Below, piece by piece: positions 1-11,390 of a stretch of 64,000 nucleotides of DNA (its first letter is position 1; the number at the start of each line of letters is the position of its first letter). The notes beneath the pieces were generated by a model, which was not told the DNA's origin, made no database searches, and saw nothing but the letters and a program-made list of their open reading frames with translations. A program made the translations under genes and the position numbers. Origin of the DNA: Marsupella aquatica (lineage: Eukaryota; Plantae; Marchantiophyta); the NCBI GenBank assembly GCA_973895155.1, contig OZ316896.1:7178780-7242779 (forward strand), read 5' to 3'.

Positions 1-2831
1 CAACCTTGCCCCCCTGGCCTTGGTTTGGGTCCACACATCCCCTTTGAGCCCTAGAGAAGGCTCCTCTATCTAAGGACTCTTCCTCTTGTTCTTACTTCTT
101 GTTAACACCACACACCAAGCAAAGTACTTTCCACCCTCAAGCTATAATCCTCTCTAAGTCTCAAAGTAATGCTATACCTTAACCTTGCCTCCTTGGCCTT
201 GGTTTTGTACTAGCACATCCCCTTCAAGCTTAGACCAAGATTATACCATAGCATGGACTCTTCTCTTGCTCTCATATACTTCAAATGCACTCACACTTAA
301 TGGTCACAATGAAGATTGGTAAGTCTCCTTTTATTGCATCACCTTTACAACAAAAGTTCACTACACATTCTCCACACTAAGCATGGACCACCTCTCCTTT
401 CTCAAGCTTAGCCCTACCTTGGCAAGGTAGAGATTTCACTTAAGAGATGAGACTCCCGGTCCCTAACAAATGAAAACTTCCTCCTTATATACTATCTCCT
501 TCCACATCACACCAAGCTTGACCTGGGGTCCAACTATACCTCCCCCAAGTCCTCCTAACACACAAAGTCCAACTCTATAGTTCATAGCCCACCCTACTAC
601 TTGCTATTTTGCCTCCTTCCAAGCCCTGGAATATGCCACACATGAGTGGTATGCTTTGACTTCCAAACCTACTCCCACTTATGGTCCTCCTCACCAGCTT
701 ACCAACCCACTTGAAATCTCGCAAAAAGAGTGAGTGAGTCTCAAGTTGTGCCTAGTCAAAGTTGGCCTTATTTTACTTGTAACCCCTTTACTACCCTAAG
801 TAAACTACCCCCTATATTTACTTTTCTTAACTTGATGGCCTTACACCTTTGGCCAAAGGTAAGTACCCTTCTCTAGAGCCTAACTCAAGTGGTATGGGTG
901 CAAGAAAGGTCAGCCCCTAAATCTGGTATTCATTCCCCTATGCCGACTTTGGTTTGCAAGTTGTCGGGACTCCCTCGTGGCCTCGGTTAAAAATATATTT
1001 GAGTGATTACTTTTCTGGGGTTCCACCTTCACCAGGGGGTGCCTTATCTTCCCCTAACTCAGCACAAAAAAATTTGGGCCCCAACGGATACCTCTAGCCA
1101 AAGTTATGCCCATTCTCCCAAGGCCTGTTTTTGGTGTAAAGCGGGTGTAAGCGGCGGCCCGATTACACTTACCTTACATGCCCCTTATGGGGATTCCACG
1201 TGTCATGAGGGGAGAGCACTCTCATTATACTCATGTTTCTTATGAAGAAATTGTAAGGACAGCAATGTTTGCAGCCATTTCTCTCTCGTGAATTCAATCT
1301 AAAACCACAGCATTCTCTATTGGATTCTTTCTTGTGCAGCAGTCCAGCTGATCAGCCGCCAGCCCCTCAATTTCACAGCCACCATAGCTCACAGCCAGCC
1401 TAGTCAATTTCGCAGCTAGCCCACCTCTTCAATTTTGCCGCTAGCAACACAGTCAATTTCGCAGCTAGCAGCACAGTCACATCAGCGCATTTACAGCACA
1501 ACAACAGCAGATTTGAAGCACAGCAGCAGCAACCATAGCTTGATTCCTTCTCAGTCAAGCAGGTCTCTCTTCTCAATTTCGTAGCTGCCCACCTTTGCAA
1601 TTTCGCAGCTAGCAGCAGCATCATTCAATTCAGCAGCATCAAGGCAGCAGCCAGCCAATTCTCATGAGCATCTCGTGCCTGATTAGTAGGAGCACCTCTA
1701 ATCTAGTGTGCAGCTGTCATAGCAGCAAGCAGCCTTCCCAATTCAAAGCCAGCAGCGATCCTAATTTGCAGCCATAGCTCTTTTCCTTCTCAGCAGCCAT
1801 AGCTTCTTCAATCAGCAACAGCCCTTGCTTCTTCAATCAGCAGCAGCCATTTCAATTCAGCCGCCCTTCCTTCAATTCAGCCGCCCTTCCTTCAATTCAG
1901 CCGCCCTTGTGCTCAATTGATTCCTCAAGTAATCATGCAGCACCTTTGGACAGCCTCCCGGTGCTTGACGTCCTCACCAGCCTCGTGCTTGCTCCTCCTT
2001 GCCTCGTGCTCGCTCCTCCTTGCCTCGTGCTCGCCGCGTGATCGTCGCCCACGCGGTTTACACTTAGAAAAAAATACATTTTTTTTTGGAAAAACAGCAT
2101 TTTGGGGCGATTTTGGACCCCCCTCCAAAACTCACACATAAGTCCAAAAGGACTTCTGAGTAGCTCCACTGATTCTATGGACATAGGACTATGTCCGGGT
2201 TTACTAAGATATAAACAAAACCCTATAACAACTTTTCTAAAATTAGGCAAAGAGGGTCAAGTCTTTATGTCTTCCAAAATTCTTCTCAACTTTGAGATGC
2301 TCCCAAAAAGTAACCAAGTGTGACAAAGTTGTCCCACAAGTTTCTAGGGATAGAGGGGACCATACTTAACCCACTTCCAAACTTGGAACCCCTACATTTA
2401 CCCATCAGCTATTTTTCCCGGGACCCGCTATTTGGTAACTTTGATTTTTGCCAAAATACTTATAACTCCTAGGTTAAGACCCCACTTGACTTCATACTTT
2501 TTCAGGGTTCCCTAGGGACCTCCCAGCACCCATGGGAGAAATATCAGCCAAAAATAAGATGTCCGGTGTCGGGTCATTTTTCGGTCCCGACTTAGTCGCC
2601 TATTATAACTAAGGACGGACTAGTTTCCTGCCCCTCCTATAGTAACTTGCTTACCCCTAGATAACTTTGCATAACTAAATTCCCTCTTACCTCTACTAAG
2701 CTTCCCTTCTTACTTAAGTGCCCTAAACCTAGCTACTCTGATAGCACTAAAACTTTTTCCCTAACTATTTCCTCTTCTAAACGAAAGAATGTCATGTTTC
2801 TCTACACTAGCTGACACTGAGCCATCCCACA
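1..2831 (-). repeat. Family A 3' LTR (partial)
   Basis: Starts TGTGGGATGG on the minus strand at 2831, right after the PPT. It matches 9347-12177; I saw one mismatch (1320 T vs 10666 G). Confidence 0.95.
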
Positions 2832-2844
2832 TAGCCCCCTACTT
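2832..2844 (-). promoter_or_regulatory. Polypurine tract of element A
   Basis: AAGTAGGGGGCTA lies directly before the LTR TG and ~30 nt after the pol stop codon. Confidence 0.85.
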
Positions 2845-2871
2845 AAGTGTGCAGCGTCCCCGCAAACACAC

Positions 2872-5800
2872 TTATTCCTGATTAAAGTACCTTTTCAACC
2901 TATCATGATGCACTCTAGTAGGGAACACCTCTCCTTCAAGAGTAGCAAGCTGAATTGACCCATTAGCATAAACCTGGTGAACAACATAAGGACCCAACCA
3001 CCGAGTATGCAACTTGCCTGGAAAATGAGCATACCTACTGTCATAGAGTAATACCAGTTGTCCAGCAAGTAAAGAAGTTGGCTTCTTCAACTTCTTGTCA
3101 TGATGTTGCTTCACTTGAGCTTGCTTCTTCTTCACTTGCTTGCTTGCCTCTTCCCGGATTTCCTCCAACTCCTCCAGCTGGTAAGCTCTCTCCATTAAAC
3201 TCTGGTCAGCCTCCATTCTCTCCTCCACACTTACCCTCAAAGTAGGCACTTCAAACTCAACAGGTACAAGGGAGTGTTGTCCAAATACTAGGTAGAAAGG
3301 ACTATGGCCGGTTGTGGTCTTGAAAGCAAGGTTGTAGGAGTACACAGCTGAGTATAATTTGTCATCCCAATCAGTCTTGTGTGCCGCCACGGTTTTGTTC
3401 AAGATCTTGCCAATGATGCCATTAGCTCTCTCCGTTAATCCATTGGCCTTGGGGTGATAGGGGGTGGTCTTCCTATGCTTAATCAAGTAATGGTTAGTGA
3501 GCTCCTCCACAACTTCATTCAAGAAGTGAGTCCCCCTATCACTAACCAGCTCTAGAGGTGGCCCAAATCTGGTAAAAATCTGTTGATACATGAACCTTGC
3601 TACTGTGAGAGCATTATCCTTGCTGGTTGGTCTTGCCTCTACCCACTTAGTAGCATAATCAGTTGCAAGAAGGATGTATCGATTCCTTCTAGACCTGGTC
3701 ACAGGAGTGATGGGACCTATGAAATCTATACCCCACTTCTCAAAAGGTGCAAGAGGTAAGATGGTGGTAAGAGGGTGATGCCTTGAGTGAGCTGGCTTAC
3801 CTGTCCTTTGGCAAGGGTCACATCCCCTCACAAAAAGACTTACATCCTTATGAAGTGTTGGCCACCAATACCCTGCATCAAGAATTTTCCTTGCTGTTGT
3901 TGCACTTGCATAATGGCCACCAGCCTCCTCCTCATGCATAGCTCTCATCACAATGGAGATTTCCTTCTTCTCCAAACACCTCCTTAGTCTCCCATCAACT
4001 CCTTCCTTGTGAAGGACACCCTTCACCAATAAGTAAGGTCTGATTTTTCTCAGGAAAACAGCAGCCTCCTCTTGGTTCAAATCTCTTGGTAGCCGGGTTG
4101 TGAGAAGAAATTGGATGATATCCAAATACCATGTATCTCCTCCACTTCCCACATGAAAGAGGTCTTCATCTGGAAACTGATCATCCACCTCCTTCAAGTC
4201 CTCTTCTCCTTCAATCCTTGAGAAGAAGTCTGCATTCCCATGCTTCTTACCAGGCCTGACCCTCACCTCATAATCAAACTCTTGGAGCAACAAGATCCAC
4301 CTTGCCACTCTACCAGTTACATCAGGTTTATTCACCATATACTTGAGAGCATTGTGATCAGTATGAAAGACCACCTTATAGCCCAACAAGTAGTGCCTAA
4401 ACTTCTTACAAGAGTAGATGATTCCTAGAGCTTCTCTATCGGTTGGTGAGTAATTCTTTTCAGCTGGTGCCAATAGTCTACTTGCAAAGTAGATAGGGTG
4501 ATCCCTATTCTGGTCATCAAGTTGACTAAGCACCACACCAATACAAAAGCCAGACACATCCACATACACATGAAATTCTCTACTCCAATCTGGTGCTATC
4601 AAGATAGGGGCTTCAACCAACCTGTTCTTCAACTCCTGAAAACTTGCTAGCCTCTCAACTGAGGGTTCAACCTCAGCCCCCTTCTTAAGCATGCTGGTTA
4701 GGGGTAAAGCTACTTTAGCAAAGTCCTTAATGAACCTTCTATAGTAGTTTAAACATCCCAAGAATCCCCTCAACTCTGTCACTGAAGTTGGAAACTTGAC
4801 AGCCATCCAAACAGCAACCTTCTCTTGGTCCACTTCTATGCCCTTCTTGGATACCTTGTGGCCAAGTAGTATCCCTTCTTCCACACCAAAGAAGCACTTC
4901 CCTGGGTGAAGCTTCAAACCAACTTCCCTACATCTTTGGAAGGTCATCCTCAAATGTTCAACATGGTCCTTCCCCCTTCCAAAAACAGCAAAGTCATCTA
5001 TGAATACTTCCAAGAACTTTCTCAAGTAGTCATGAAAGATATTCATCATCAACCTTTGGAACATACCAGGGGCATTACAAAGACCAAAAGGCATCCTCCG
5101 AAAGGCATAAATCCCCCACTCAGTAGTAAAGGCTGTCTTCAACTGGTCCTCCTTCCTTATCCAAATCTGGTTGTAACCTGAGTACCCATCTAGGAAGCTA
5201 TACACTTCCCAACCAGCTACTAAATCAAGTACCATATCAGTAAATGGAATGGGATAGTGGTCCTTCTTAGTGGCCTCATTGAGTTTCCTAAAGTCTTGGC
5301 AAACTCGGATCTTAGGCTTACCATCCAAGCCTGGTTTCTTTGGTACTATGACAATTGGAGAAACCCACTCACTATTCAACACAGGATAGATGAAACCTGC
5401 TTCCAGCAATTTGTCTATCTCTTCCTTCACCATCAAGGAGTACTTGGGATTCATCCGATATTGCCTTTGTCTCACAGGTGAAGCTCCTAGCATCAAGTCG
5501 ATTCTATGCTCACCAAGTTCAGGGTTTACACCAGTAAGATCCAAGTGACTCCAAGCAAACACATCCACATATTCACCTAGCAAATCTTGGATAGTTTTCT
5601 CTTCACCTGATCCCAGGGCATTTCCCAAGTTGAAGGTCTTGTCTTGCTGGACAGAGATGGTTCTGTACTGCTCAGCTCGAATCACCTCCATCTTGTTCCT
5701 CATTGTGGAGTCAAAAGTGCCCTCAAGTTGTGCCAACCTCATGCCTCCATAGACGGGTGCATTTTCAGCACTTAACTCCTCCTTCTCCTTGCTTGAATGC

Positions 5801-8800
5801 TGGTCTTCCTGAGTCTCATCCTCCTCTGAGTTTGCAGCCTTCAATTGGTCCTCTAGCTCCTTTATCTTGAGCTTTAACAAGGCTAAGTGCTTAGCCTTTA
5901 ACCTCTGGTCATTACTCCTTGTCTTGATCTCAACTTGGGCAGCACCCTTGCTGGTCTGATCAACCTCCTGAGCCATTGTGATAGTGTCTTCTTGGTTGCT
6001 CTCCTTGGCTGAGGTCTCAGCCTGCTTCACCTCCTCGAGACTGGTCACTTCACTGAGACTGGGCAGAGGTGAATGGCTGGTAAGAGCCTCCTGCTCTTGC
6101 TCCTCTCCAAACACTTCTTCTTCAGTCCATTGGCTCACCATGTTCAACATGTATACCTCATCCTCATCAGATTCAGATTTGGTACTCAACTCATCGGAAA
6201 GTTCAGAATCATATTCATCCAACTCATCAGTAGTCTCTCCTTGATGCTTGTCATGACCCCATGAAACTGAAGTGGCTGGTTTGCCAAACCTAAACTCCTT
6301 CTTGCCCCAATCAGACACTACTTTGGCTCCATATAGCCAAGGCCTCCCAATCAAGATTGGGTAAGTAGATGGCCTTGCTGGTCTCATCACCAAGTAATTC
6401 AACAAGAACTCCTGCCCCCCAATGAGAGTAGGTACTTGAGTAAGTGTCCCCACCGGTAGCACTCTTGCTCCATTTGCTAGCCTCATTGTCCTTGCTGTTG
6501 GCTGAAGTTTCTTGAAACCTAGTTGTTGGGCAGTAGCCTCAATCATGATATTCACACCTGAGCCTCCATCAACTGGTACATACGAGAGTACACACCCATT
6601 TACTTGAACATCAATCTCAGGTGCTCCAAGGTCTTCACAAACCATCATCACATCAGCTGGGGTACCAACCTTTGGAAGCTTCCTTCTTCTCCTTCCTACC
6701 AACATCTCCTTCAGTTGCCTCCTATACAAAGGGTTGTCTTTGATCAGCTGCCCCACTGTAGCAGTAACCAAACAATCTTTCACATCCTTCTTGATGTCAT
6801 AAGAGGGTACCTTGCTGGTCTCTTTCTTCTCTTCCACCTCAGCTTTTTCCTTCAAAGCTTTAGCAACCTTCAGGTCTTTGTTGATGGCCTCTTGATGCTC
6901 CTTAGCCTCCATCTCCTCTAGTTGCCTCTTGACTTCCTCATTCACCTTGGGATAGAAGAGCTTCGGATGGTCTCTCTTGTAGTCACTATCTTCAGCTGGT
7001 GGGACTTGAACTTCTGCTCCAACTTCAACTTCGATTGGTGACTCCGTTGAGTGCTCCTTTCTCTCCTTCCTCTTCTTCCTCTCTTCCACTCTTTCCTTCT
7101 TTCTTGTGGACCTGGTAGACACCTTGTAACACACAGCTTCCTCCTCAGGTGTCTCCATTCCTGGTAGATCTGGCTGGTTCTCCCCACCAGCAACTTGTGT
7201 CACTCCATCTTTGGCCTCCTCTTGCCACTCCATACTCAAGAAGTTCACTGTGGCTTCACCGGGAGCCTTGGCAACCGCTGGTGGTGGTGCTTCTATCCTT
7301 CCTATCATCATCTTGGCAGCAGATCCAATAGGACAGTTGGCTGTGGTATGACCCTCCCTTTTGCACACAGCACAAAGAGGATAGGGAGCTCCTTGTCCCT
7401 GCCTCCTTGGTTCGGGGCAACTGTTGGAATAGTGCCCTGGTTTTTGACAGTTCCAGCAGATCACCACGGTAGTTCTTGCCACTCCCCCAGGTCCTTGAGG
7501 TCCCATTTGATCCACCATCCTTGGTTGAAGACCAGGCATCAGTTGAGGTGCCATGGGTGGAGCTGGTCTTCCTTGCAAAGTTCTTGGGCCTCCTGAAATC
7601 TGGTACACCATCTCCGGGGCTTCTTCATAGAAGTAGTCCACCACTTCACTTGCTTGATAAACATCGTTGGACTCTTCATTGACATACTGAACTTGATTCC
7701 TCCAACCTTGACACTCTTGAGGTGTATGGCCAAAACTCTTGCACTTGACACACCATACATGGGCTCTATTCACCGGCACTTTTCTCCTATCAGGTTGCAC
7801 ACCAGCAAAGTGAACTGATAGGGCCTTGAGTTGGTTGGTGATCTCACTCATCTTGTTATCCATCACCTTCTTCTCCTTGGTTGCTGGTGTAGAACCTTCC
7901 ACCAAGTTGAAGGTTGCAGATTTGTGGTGCTTACCACCTGGCTTCTTCTTGCTGGCTCTCCTCTTCTGGTCGCTTTTTCTCTTTGCCTTCTTCTTCTTCT
8001 TCTTCTTCTTCTTCTCGGAGTCCTCCTCAGAATCAGATTCTGAATCAGAACTGGAACTACTCTCCTCAGATTCCGACTCAGAAGTATCCTCAACTGAACT
8101 ACTTGATTCACTTGAGCTAGAAGAAGAATCACTATAAGCAAATCGCTTCTTCTTTCTCCTACTCTTGGAACTAGAGATCTCAGCACTCCTATAAGACTGA
8201 GCCGCCTCAATGGCCTCATCCAACGTATTAGGGTGAGATTGCCTTACTGAGACACCCATCTTCTTGGGTAGGCTTGCCACAAACCAAGCCAACAACATGG
8301 AGTCTACTGGTCTGGGGTCAAGCTTGGTAGCTAACCTTTGAAACCTTTGCAGAAACCTCCTTACTGACTCCTTGGATCCCATTCTGATCTCTCCCATCTT
8401 GATCAGAGCTTCCGATTCTTCTCCCACCTTCCTAAACTCCTGCAAGAATGCTAGCTTGAAGGCATCCCAATCATTCTTGATGGCATTTGATAGGCTATTG
8501 AACCAAGGTCTTGCTTCTCCTCTCAAGACCCCCGCCAAAGTGGTCAACTTAATATCAAACTCTCCATTGGCTTGGGCTGTCCCAATGAAGTCCTCCAACC
8601 AAGCATCAGGATCCTCCTTGGGCTTGCCATGGAATGTCTTGTACTGAAATCTTGCTCTTTGAGTCACCACCATGGCTGCTTCTTGATCTTCACTTGTGTT
8701 GGTAGTGGAAGAAGATGTATCACTCCACCCTACACCAGGTTCCGCTTCAGCTTGCAAATGAATGTCCACCCAATCTGGTTGCTCCAACTGGTCACCAAAG

Positions 8801-8850
8801 TTGAAACTAAGAGAGGCTTCTTTTAGTGCTTGACTCCTTGTAGTGGGCAT
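2872..8850 (-). CDS. gag-pol: Gag-Pol polyprotein (Gag, 3 CCHC knuckles, protease, RT, RNase H, integrase)
   Basis: ORF 2872-8940; first ATG at 8850 (MPTTRSQ). Motifs: CVKCKSFGHTPQEC, CWNCQKPGHYSNSC, CAVCKREGHTTANC; protease VDGGSG; RT MPFGLCNAP and FIDD; RNase H VYVDVS; integrase H..H/CDPC, WGIDF, SDRGTHF, ANGLTER, WLGPY. No chromodomain visible. Confidence 0.96.
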   Translation of the reverse strand: MPTTRSQALKEASLSFNFGDQLEQPDWVDIHLQAEAEPGVGWSDTSSSTTNTSEDQEAAMVVTQRARFQYKTFHGKPKEDPDAWLEDFIGTAQANGEFDIKLTTLAGVLRGEARPWFNSLSNAIKNDWDAFKLAFLQEFRKVGEESEALIKMGEIRMGSKESVRRFLQRFQRLATKLDPRPVDSMLLAWFVASLPKKMGVSVRQSHPNTLDEAIEAAQSYRSAEISSSKSRRKKKRFAYSDSSSSSSESSSSVEDTSESESEESSSSSDSESDSEEDSEKKKKKKKKKAKRKSDQKRRASKKKPGGKHHKSATFNLVEGSTPATKEKKVMDNKMSEITNQLKALSVHFAGVQPDRRKVPVNRAHVWCVKCKSFGHTPQECQGWRNQVQYVNEESNDVYQASEVVDYFYEEAPEMVYQISGGPRTLQGRPAPPMAPQLMPGLQPRMVDQMGPQGPGGVARTTVVICWNCQKPGHYSNSCPEPRRQGQGAPYPLCAVCKREGHTTANCPIGSAAKMMIGRIEAPPPAVAKAPGEATVNFLSMEWQEEAKDGVTQVAGGENQPDLPGMETPEEEAVCYKVSTRSTRKKERVEERKKRKERKEHSTESPIEVEVGAEVQVPPAEDSDYKRDHPKLFYPKVNEEVKRQLEEMEAKEHQEAINKDLKVAKALKEKAEVEEKKETSKVPSYDIKKDVKDCLVTATVGQLIKDNPLYRRQLKEMLVGRRRRKLPKVGTPADVMMVCEDLGAPEIDVQVNGCVLSYVPVDGGSGVNIMIEATAQQLGFKKLQPTARTMRLANGARVLPVGTLTQVPTLIGGQEFLLNYLVMRPARPSTYPILIGRPWLYGAKVVSDWGKKEFRFGKPATSVSWGHDKHQGETTDELDEYDSELSDELSTKSESDEDEVYMLNMVSQWTEEEVFGEEQEQEALTSHSPLPSLSEVTSLEEVKQAETSAKESNQEDTITMAQEVDQTSKGAAQVEIKTRSNDQRLKAKHLALLKLKIKELEDQLKAANSEEDETQEDQHSSKEKEELSAENAPVYGGMRLAQLEGTFDSTMRNKMEVIRAEQYRTISVQQDKTFNLGNALGSGEEKTIQDLLGEYVDVFAWSHLDLTGVNPELGEHRIDLMLGASPVRQRQYRMNPKYSLMVKEEIDKLLEAGFIYPVLNSEWVSPIVIVPKKPGLDGKPKIRVCQDFRKLNEATKKDHYPIPFTDMVLDLVAGWEVYSFLDGYSGYNQIWIRKEDQLKTAFTTEWGIYAFRRMPFGLCNAPGMFQRLMMNIFHDYLRKFLEVFIDDFAVFGRGKDHVEHLRMTFQRCREVGLKLHPGKCFFGVEEGILLGHKVSKKGIEVDQEKVAVWMAVKFPTSVTELRGFLGCLNYYRRFIKDFAKVALPLTSMLKKGAEVEPSVERLASFQELKNRLVEAPILIAPDWSREFHVYVDVSGFCIGVVLSQLDDQNRDHPIYFASRLLAPAEKNYSPTDREALGIIYSCKKFRHYLLGYKVVFHTDHNALKYMVNKPDVTGRVARWILLLQEFDYEVRVRPGKKHGNADFFSRIEGEEDLKEVDDQFPDEDLFHVGSGGDTWYLDIIQFLLTTRLPRDLNQEEAAVFLRKIRPYLLVKGVLHKEGVDGRLRRCLEKKEISIVMRAMHEEEAGGHYASATTARKILDAGYWWPTLHKDVSLFVRGCDPCQRTGKPAHSRHHPLTTILPLAPFEKWGIDFIGPITPVTRSRRNRYILLATDYATKWVEARPTSKDNALTVARFMYQQIFTRFGPPLELVSDRGTHFLNEVVEELTNHYLIKHRKTTPYHPKANGLTERANGIIGKILNKTVAAHKTDWDDKLYSAVYSYNLAFKTTTGHSPFYLVFGQHSLVPVEFEVPTLRVSVEERMEADQSLMERAYQLEELEEIREEASKQVKKKQAQVKQHHDKKLKKPTSLLAGQLVLLYDSRYAHFPGKLHTRWLGPYVVHQVYANGSIQLATLEGEVFPTRVHHDRLKRYFNQE

Positions 8851-8956
8851 GCCACTCACAATCACCTTCTTATCTCCCTTCTTCTCTTGAACAGCAAACC
8901 TGCAAACACACCTCCAAGTCTTGTGGCTCCACTCCAACAAAAACTGTAAAGAGTTG

Positions 8957-8974
8957 TCCCCGGCAGCGGCGCCA
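8957..8974 (-). promoter_or_regulatory. Primer-binding site, tRNA-Asp type
   Basis: TGGCGCCGCTGCCGGGGA, one mismatch from the Athila-type PBS TGGCGCCGTTGCCGGGGA. Confidence 0.85.
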
Positions 8975-9830
8975 AAAACAAGGGTGGGACTCTATGTCAA
9001 ACACTTGCCAAGGAGCTTAAGCGGCTTTTCTCCCCAAAAGACTACCTAATACCTGCTCCATGTCATACCAGGGTCACAAAGGATTGACAAAACTTCTGAA
9101 GTGTGCTTACAATGTCCAATCACTCCATACATAAGTAGTTTCAACTCTCCACTTCTAGAGAGGTAGTCCCCTTGACTACTTTTGTACTCACCCCTTCCCC
9201 TCTCCTCTACTCCAAGGATCAGCAAGGGGGATCTCCGCTCCAAGCTGTCACCTTAGAGTAGATTCTCACACAAACACCCAAGAACCCAAAGTACTTTCCT
9301 CTTCAAGCTTAAGTCTCCTCAAGACCCTCAAAGTAGTGTTACCCCTCAACCTTGCCCCCCTGGCCTTGGTTTGGGTCCACACATCCCCTTTGAGCCCTAG
9401 AGAAGGCTCCTCTATCTAAGGACTCTTCCTCTTGTTCTTACTTCTTGTTAACACCACACACCAAGCAAAGTACTTTCCACCCTCAAGCTATAATCCTCTC
9501 TAAGTCTCAAAGTAATGCTATACCTTAACCTTGCCTCCTTGGCCTTGGTTTTGTACTAGCACATCCCCTTCAAGCTTAGACCAAGATTATACCATAGCAT
9601 GGACTCTTCTCTTGCTCTCATATACTTCAAATGCACTCACACTTAATGGTCACAATGAAGATTGGTAAGTCTCCTTTTATTGCATCACCTTTACAACAAA
9701 AGTTCACTACACATTCTCCACACTAAGCATGGACCACCTCTCCTTTCTCAAGCTTAGCCCTACCTTGGCAAGGTAGAGATTTCACTTAAGAGATGAGACT
9801 CCCGGTCCCTAACAAATGAAAACTTCCTCC

Positions 9831-9838
9831 TTATATAC
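9831..9838 (-). promoter_or_regulatory. Putative TATA box of the A LTR
   Basis: GTATATAAGGAG is conserved in all four A-type LTR copies (also ~485, ~48116, ~57985). Confidence 0.6.
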
Positions 9839-10639
9839 TATCTCCTTCCACATCACACCAAGCTTGACCTGGGGTCCAACTATACCTCCCCCAAGTCCTC
9901 CTAACACACAAAGTCCAACTCTATAGTTCATAGCCCACCCTACTACTTGCTATTTTGCCTCCTTCCAAGCCCTGGAATATGCCACACATGAGTGGTATGC
10001 TTTGACTTCCAAACCTACTCCCACTTATGGTCCTCCTCACCAGCTTACCAACCCACTTGAAATCTCGCAAAAAGAGTGAGTGAGTCTCAAGTTGTGCCTA
10101 GTCAAAGTTGGCCTTATTTTACTTGTAACCCCTTTACTACCCTAAGTAAACTACCCCCTATATTTACTTTTCTTAACTTGATGGCCTTACACCTTTGGCC
10201 AAAGGTAAGTACCCTTCTCTAGAGCCTAACTCAAGTGGTATGGGTGCAAGAAAGGTCAGCCCCTAAATCTGGTATTCATTCCCCTATGCCGACTTTGGTT
10301 TGCAAGTTGTCGGGACTCCCTCGTGGCCTCGGTTAAAAATATATTTGAGTGATTACTTTTCTGGGGTTCCACCTTCACCAGGGGGTGCCTTATCTTCCCC
10401 TAACTCAGCACAAAAAAATTTGGGCCCCAACGGATACCTCTAGCCAAAGTTATGCCCATTCTCCCAAGGCCTGTTTTTGGTGTAAAGCGGGTGTAAGCGG
10501 CGGCCCGATTACACTTACCTTACATGCCCCTTATGGGGATTCCACGTGTCATGAGGGGAGAGCACTCTCATTATACTCATGTTTCTTATGAAGAAATTGT
10601 AAGGACAGCAATGTTTGCAGCCATTTCTCTCTCGTGAAT

Positions 10640-11390
10640 TCAATCTAAAACCACAGCATTCTCTAGTGGATTCTTTCTTGTGCAGCAGTCCAGCTGATCA
10701 GCCGCCAGCCCCTCAATTTCACAGCCACCATAGCTCACAGCCAGCCTAGTCAATTTCGCAGCTAGCCCACCTCTTCAATTTTGCCGCTAGCAACACAGTC
10801 AATTTCGCAGCTAGCAGCACAGTCACATCAGCGCATTTACAGCACAACAACAGCAGATTTGAAGCACAGCAGCAGCAACCATAGCTTGATTCCTTCTCAG
10901 TCAAGCAGGTCTCTCTTCTCAATTTCGTAGCTGCCCACCTTTGCAATTTCGCAGCTAGCAGCAGCATCATTCAATTCAGCAGCATCAAGGCAGCAGCCAG
11001 CCAATTCTCATGAGCATCTCGTGCCTGATTAGTAGGAGCACCTCTAATCTAGTGTGCAGCTGTCATAGCAGCAAGCAGCCTTCCCAATTCAAAGCCAGCA
11101 GCGATCCTAATTTGCAGCCATAGCTCTTTTCCTTCTCAGCAGCCATAGCTTCTTCAATCAGCAACAGCCCTTGCTTCTTCAATCAGCAGCAGCCATTTCA
11201 ATTCAGCCGCCCTTCCTTCAATTCAGCCGCCCTTCCTTCAATTCAGCCGCCCTTGTGCTCAATTGATTCCTCAAGTAATCATGCAGCACCTTTGGACAGC
11301 CTCCCGGTGCTTGACGTCCTCACCAGCCTCGTGCTTGCTCCTCCTTGCCTCGTGCTCGCTCCTCCTTGCCTCGTGCTCGCCGCGTGATCG
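10640..11390. repeat. CAG-rich low-complexity and minisatellite block in the A LTR (second copy ~1295-2045)
   Basis: Recurrent CAATTTCGCAGCTAGC, about three copies of TTCAATTCAGCCGCCCTTCC, and about three copies of CCTCGTGCTYGCTCCTCCTTG. Confidence 0.85.

Noticed and set aside
1003-2323. Short ORFs in the A LTR as genes
   Set aside because: They are short, mostly low-complexity, and recur only because the LTR is repeated.
3787-8826. Antisense and alternate-frame ORFs over gag-pol (likewise over the B, C and LINE ORFs)
   Set aside because: They are shadow frames of the real coding strand with no independent motifs.
8957-8974. tRNA gene
   Set aside because: Only 18 nt complementary to a tRNA 3' end, with no cloverleaf; it is a PBS.
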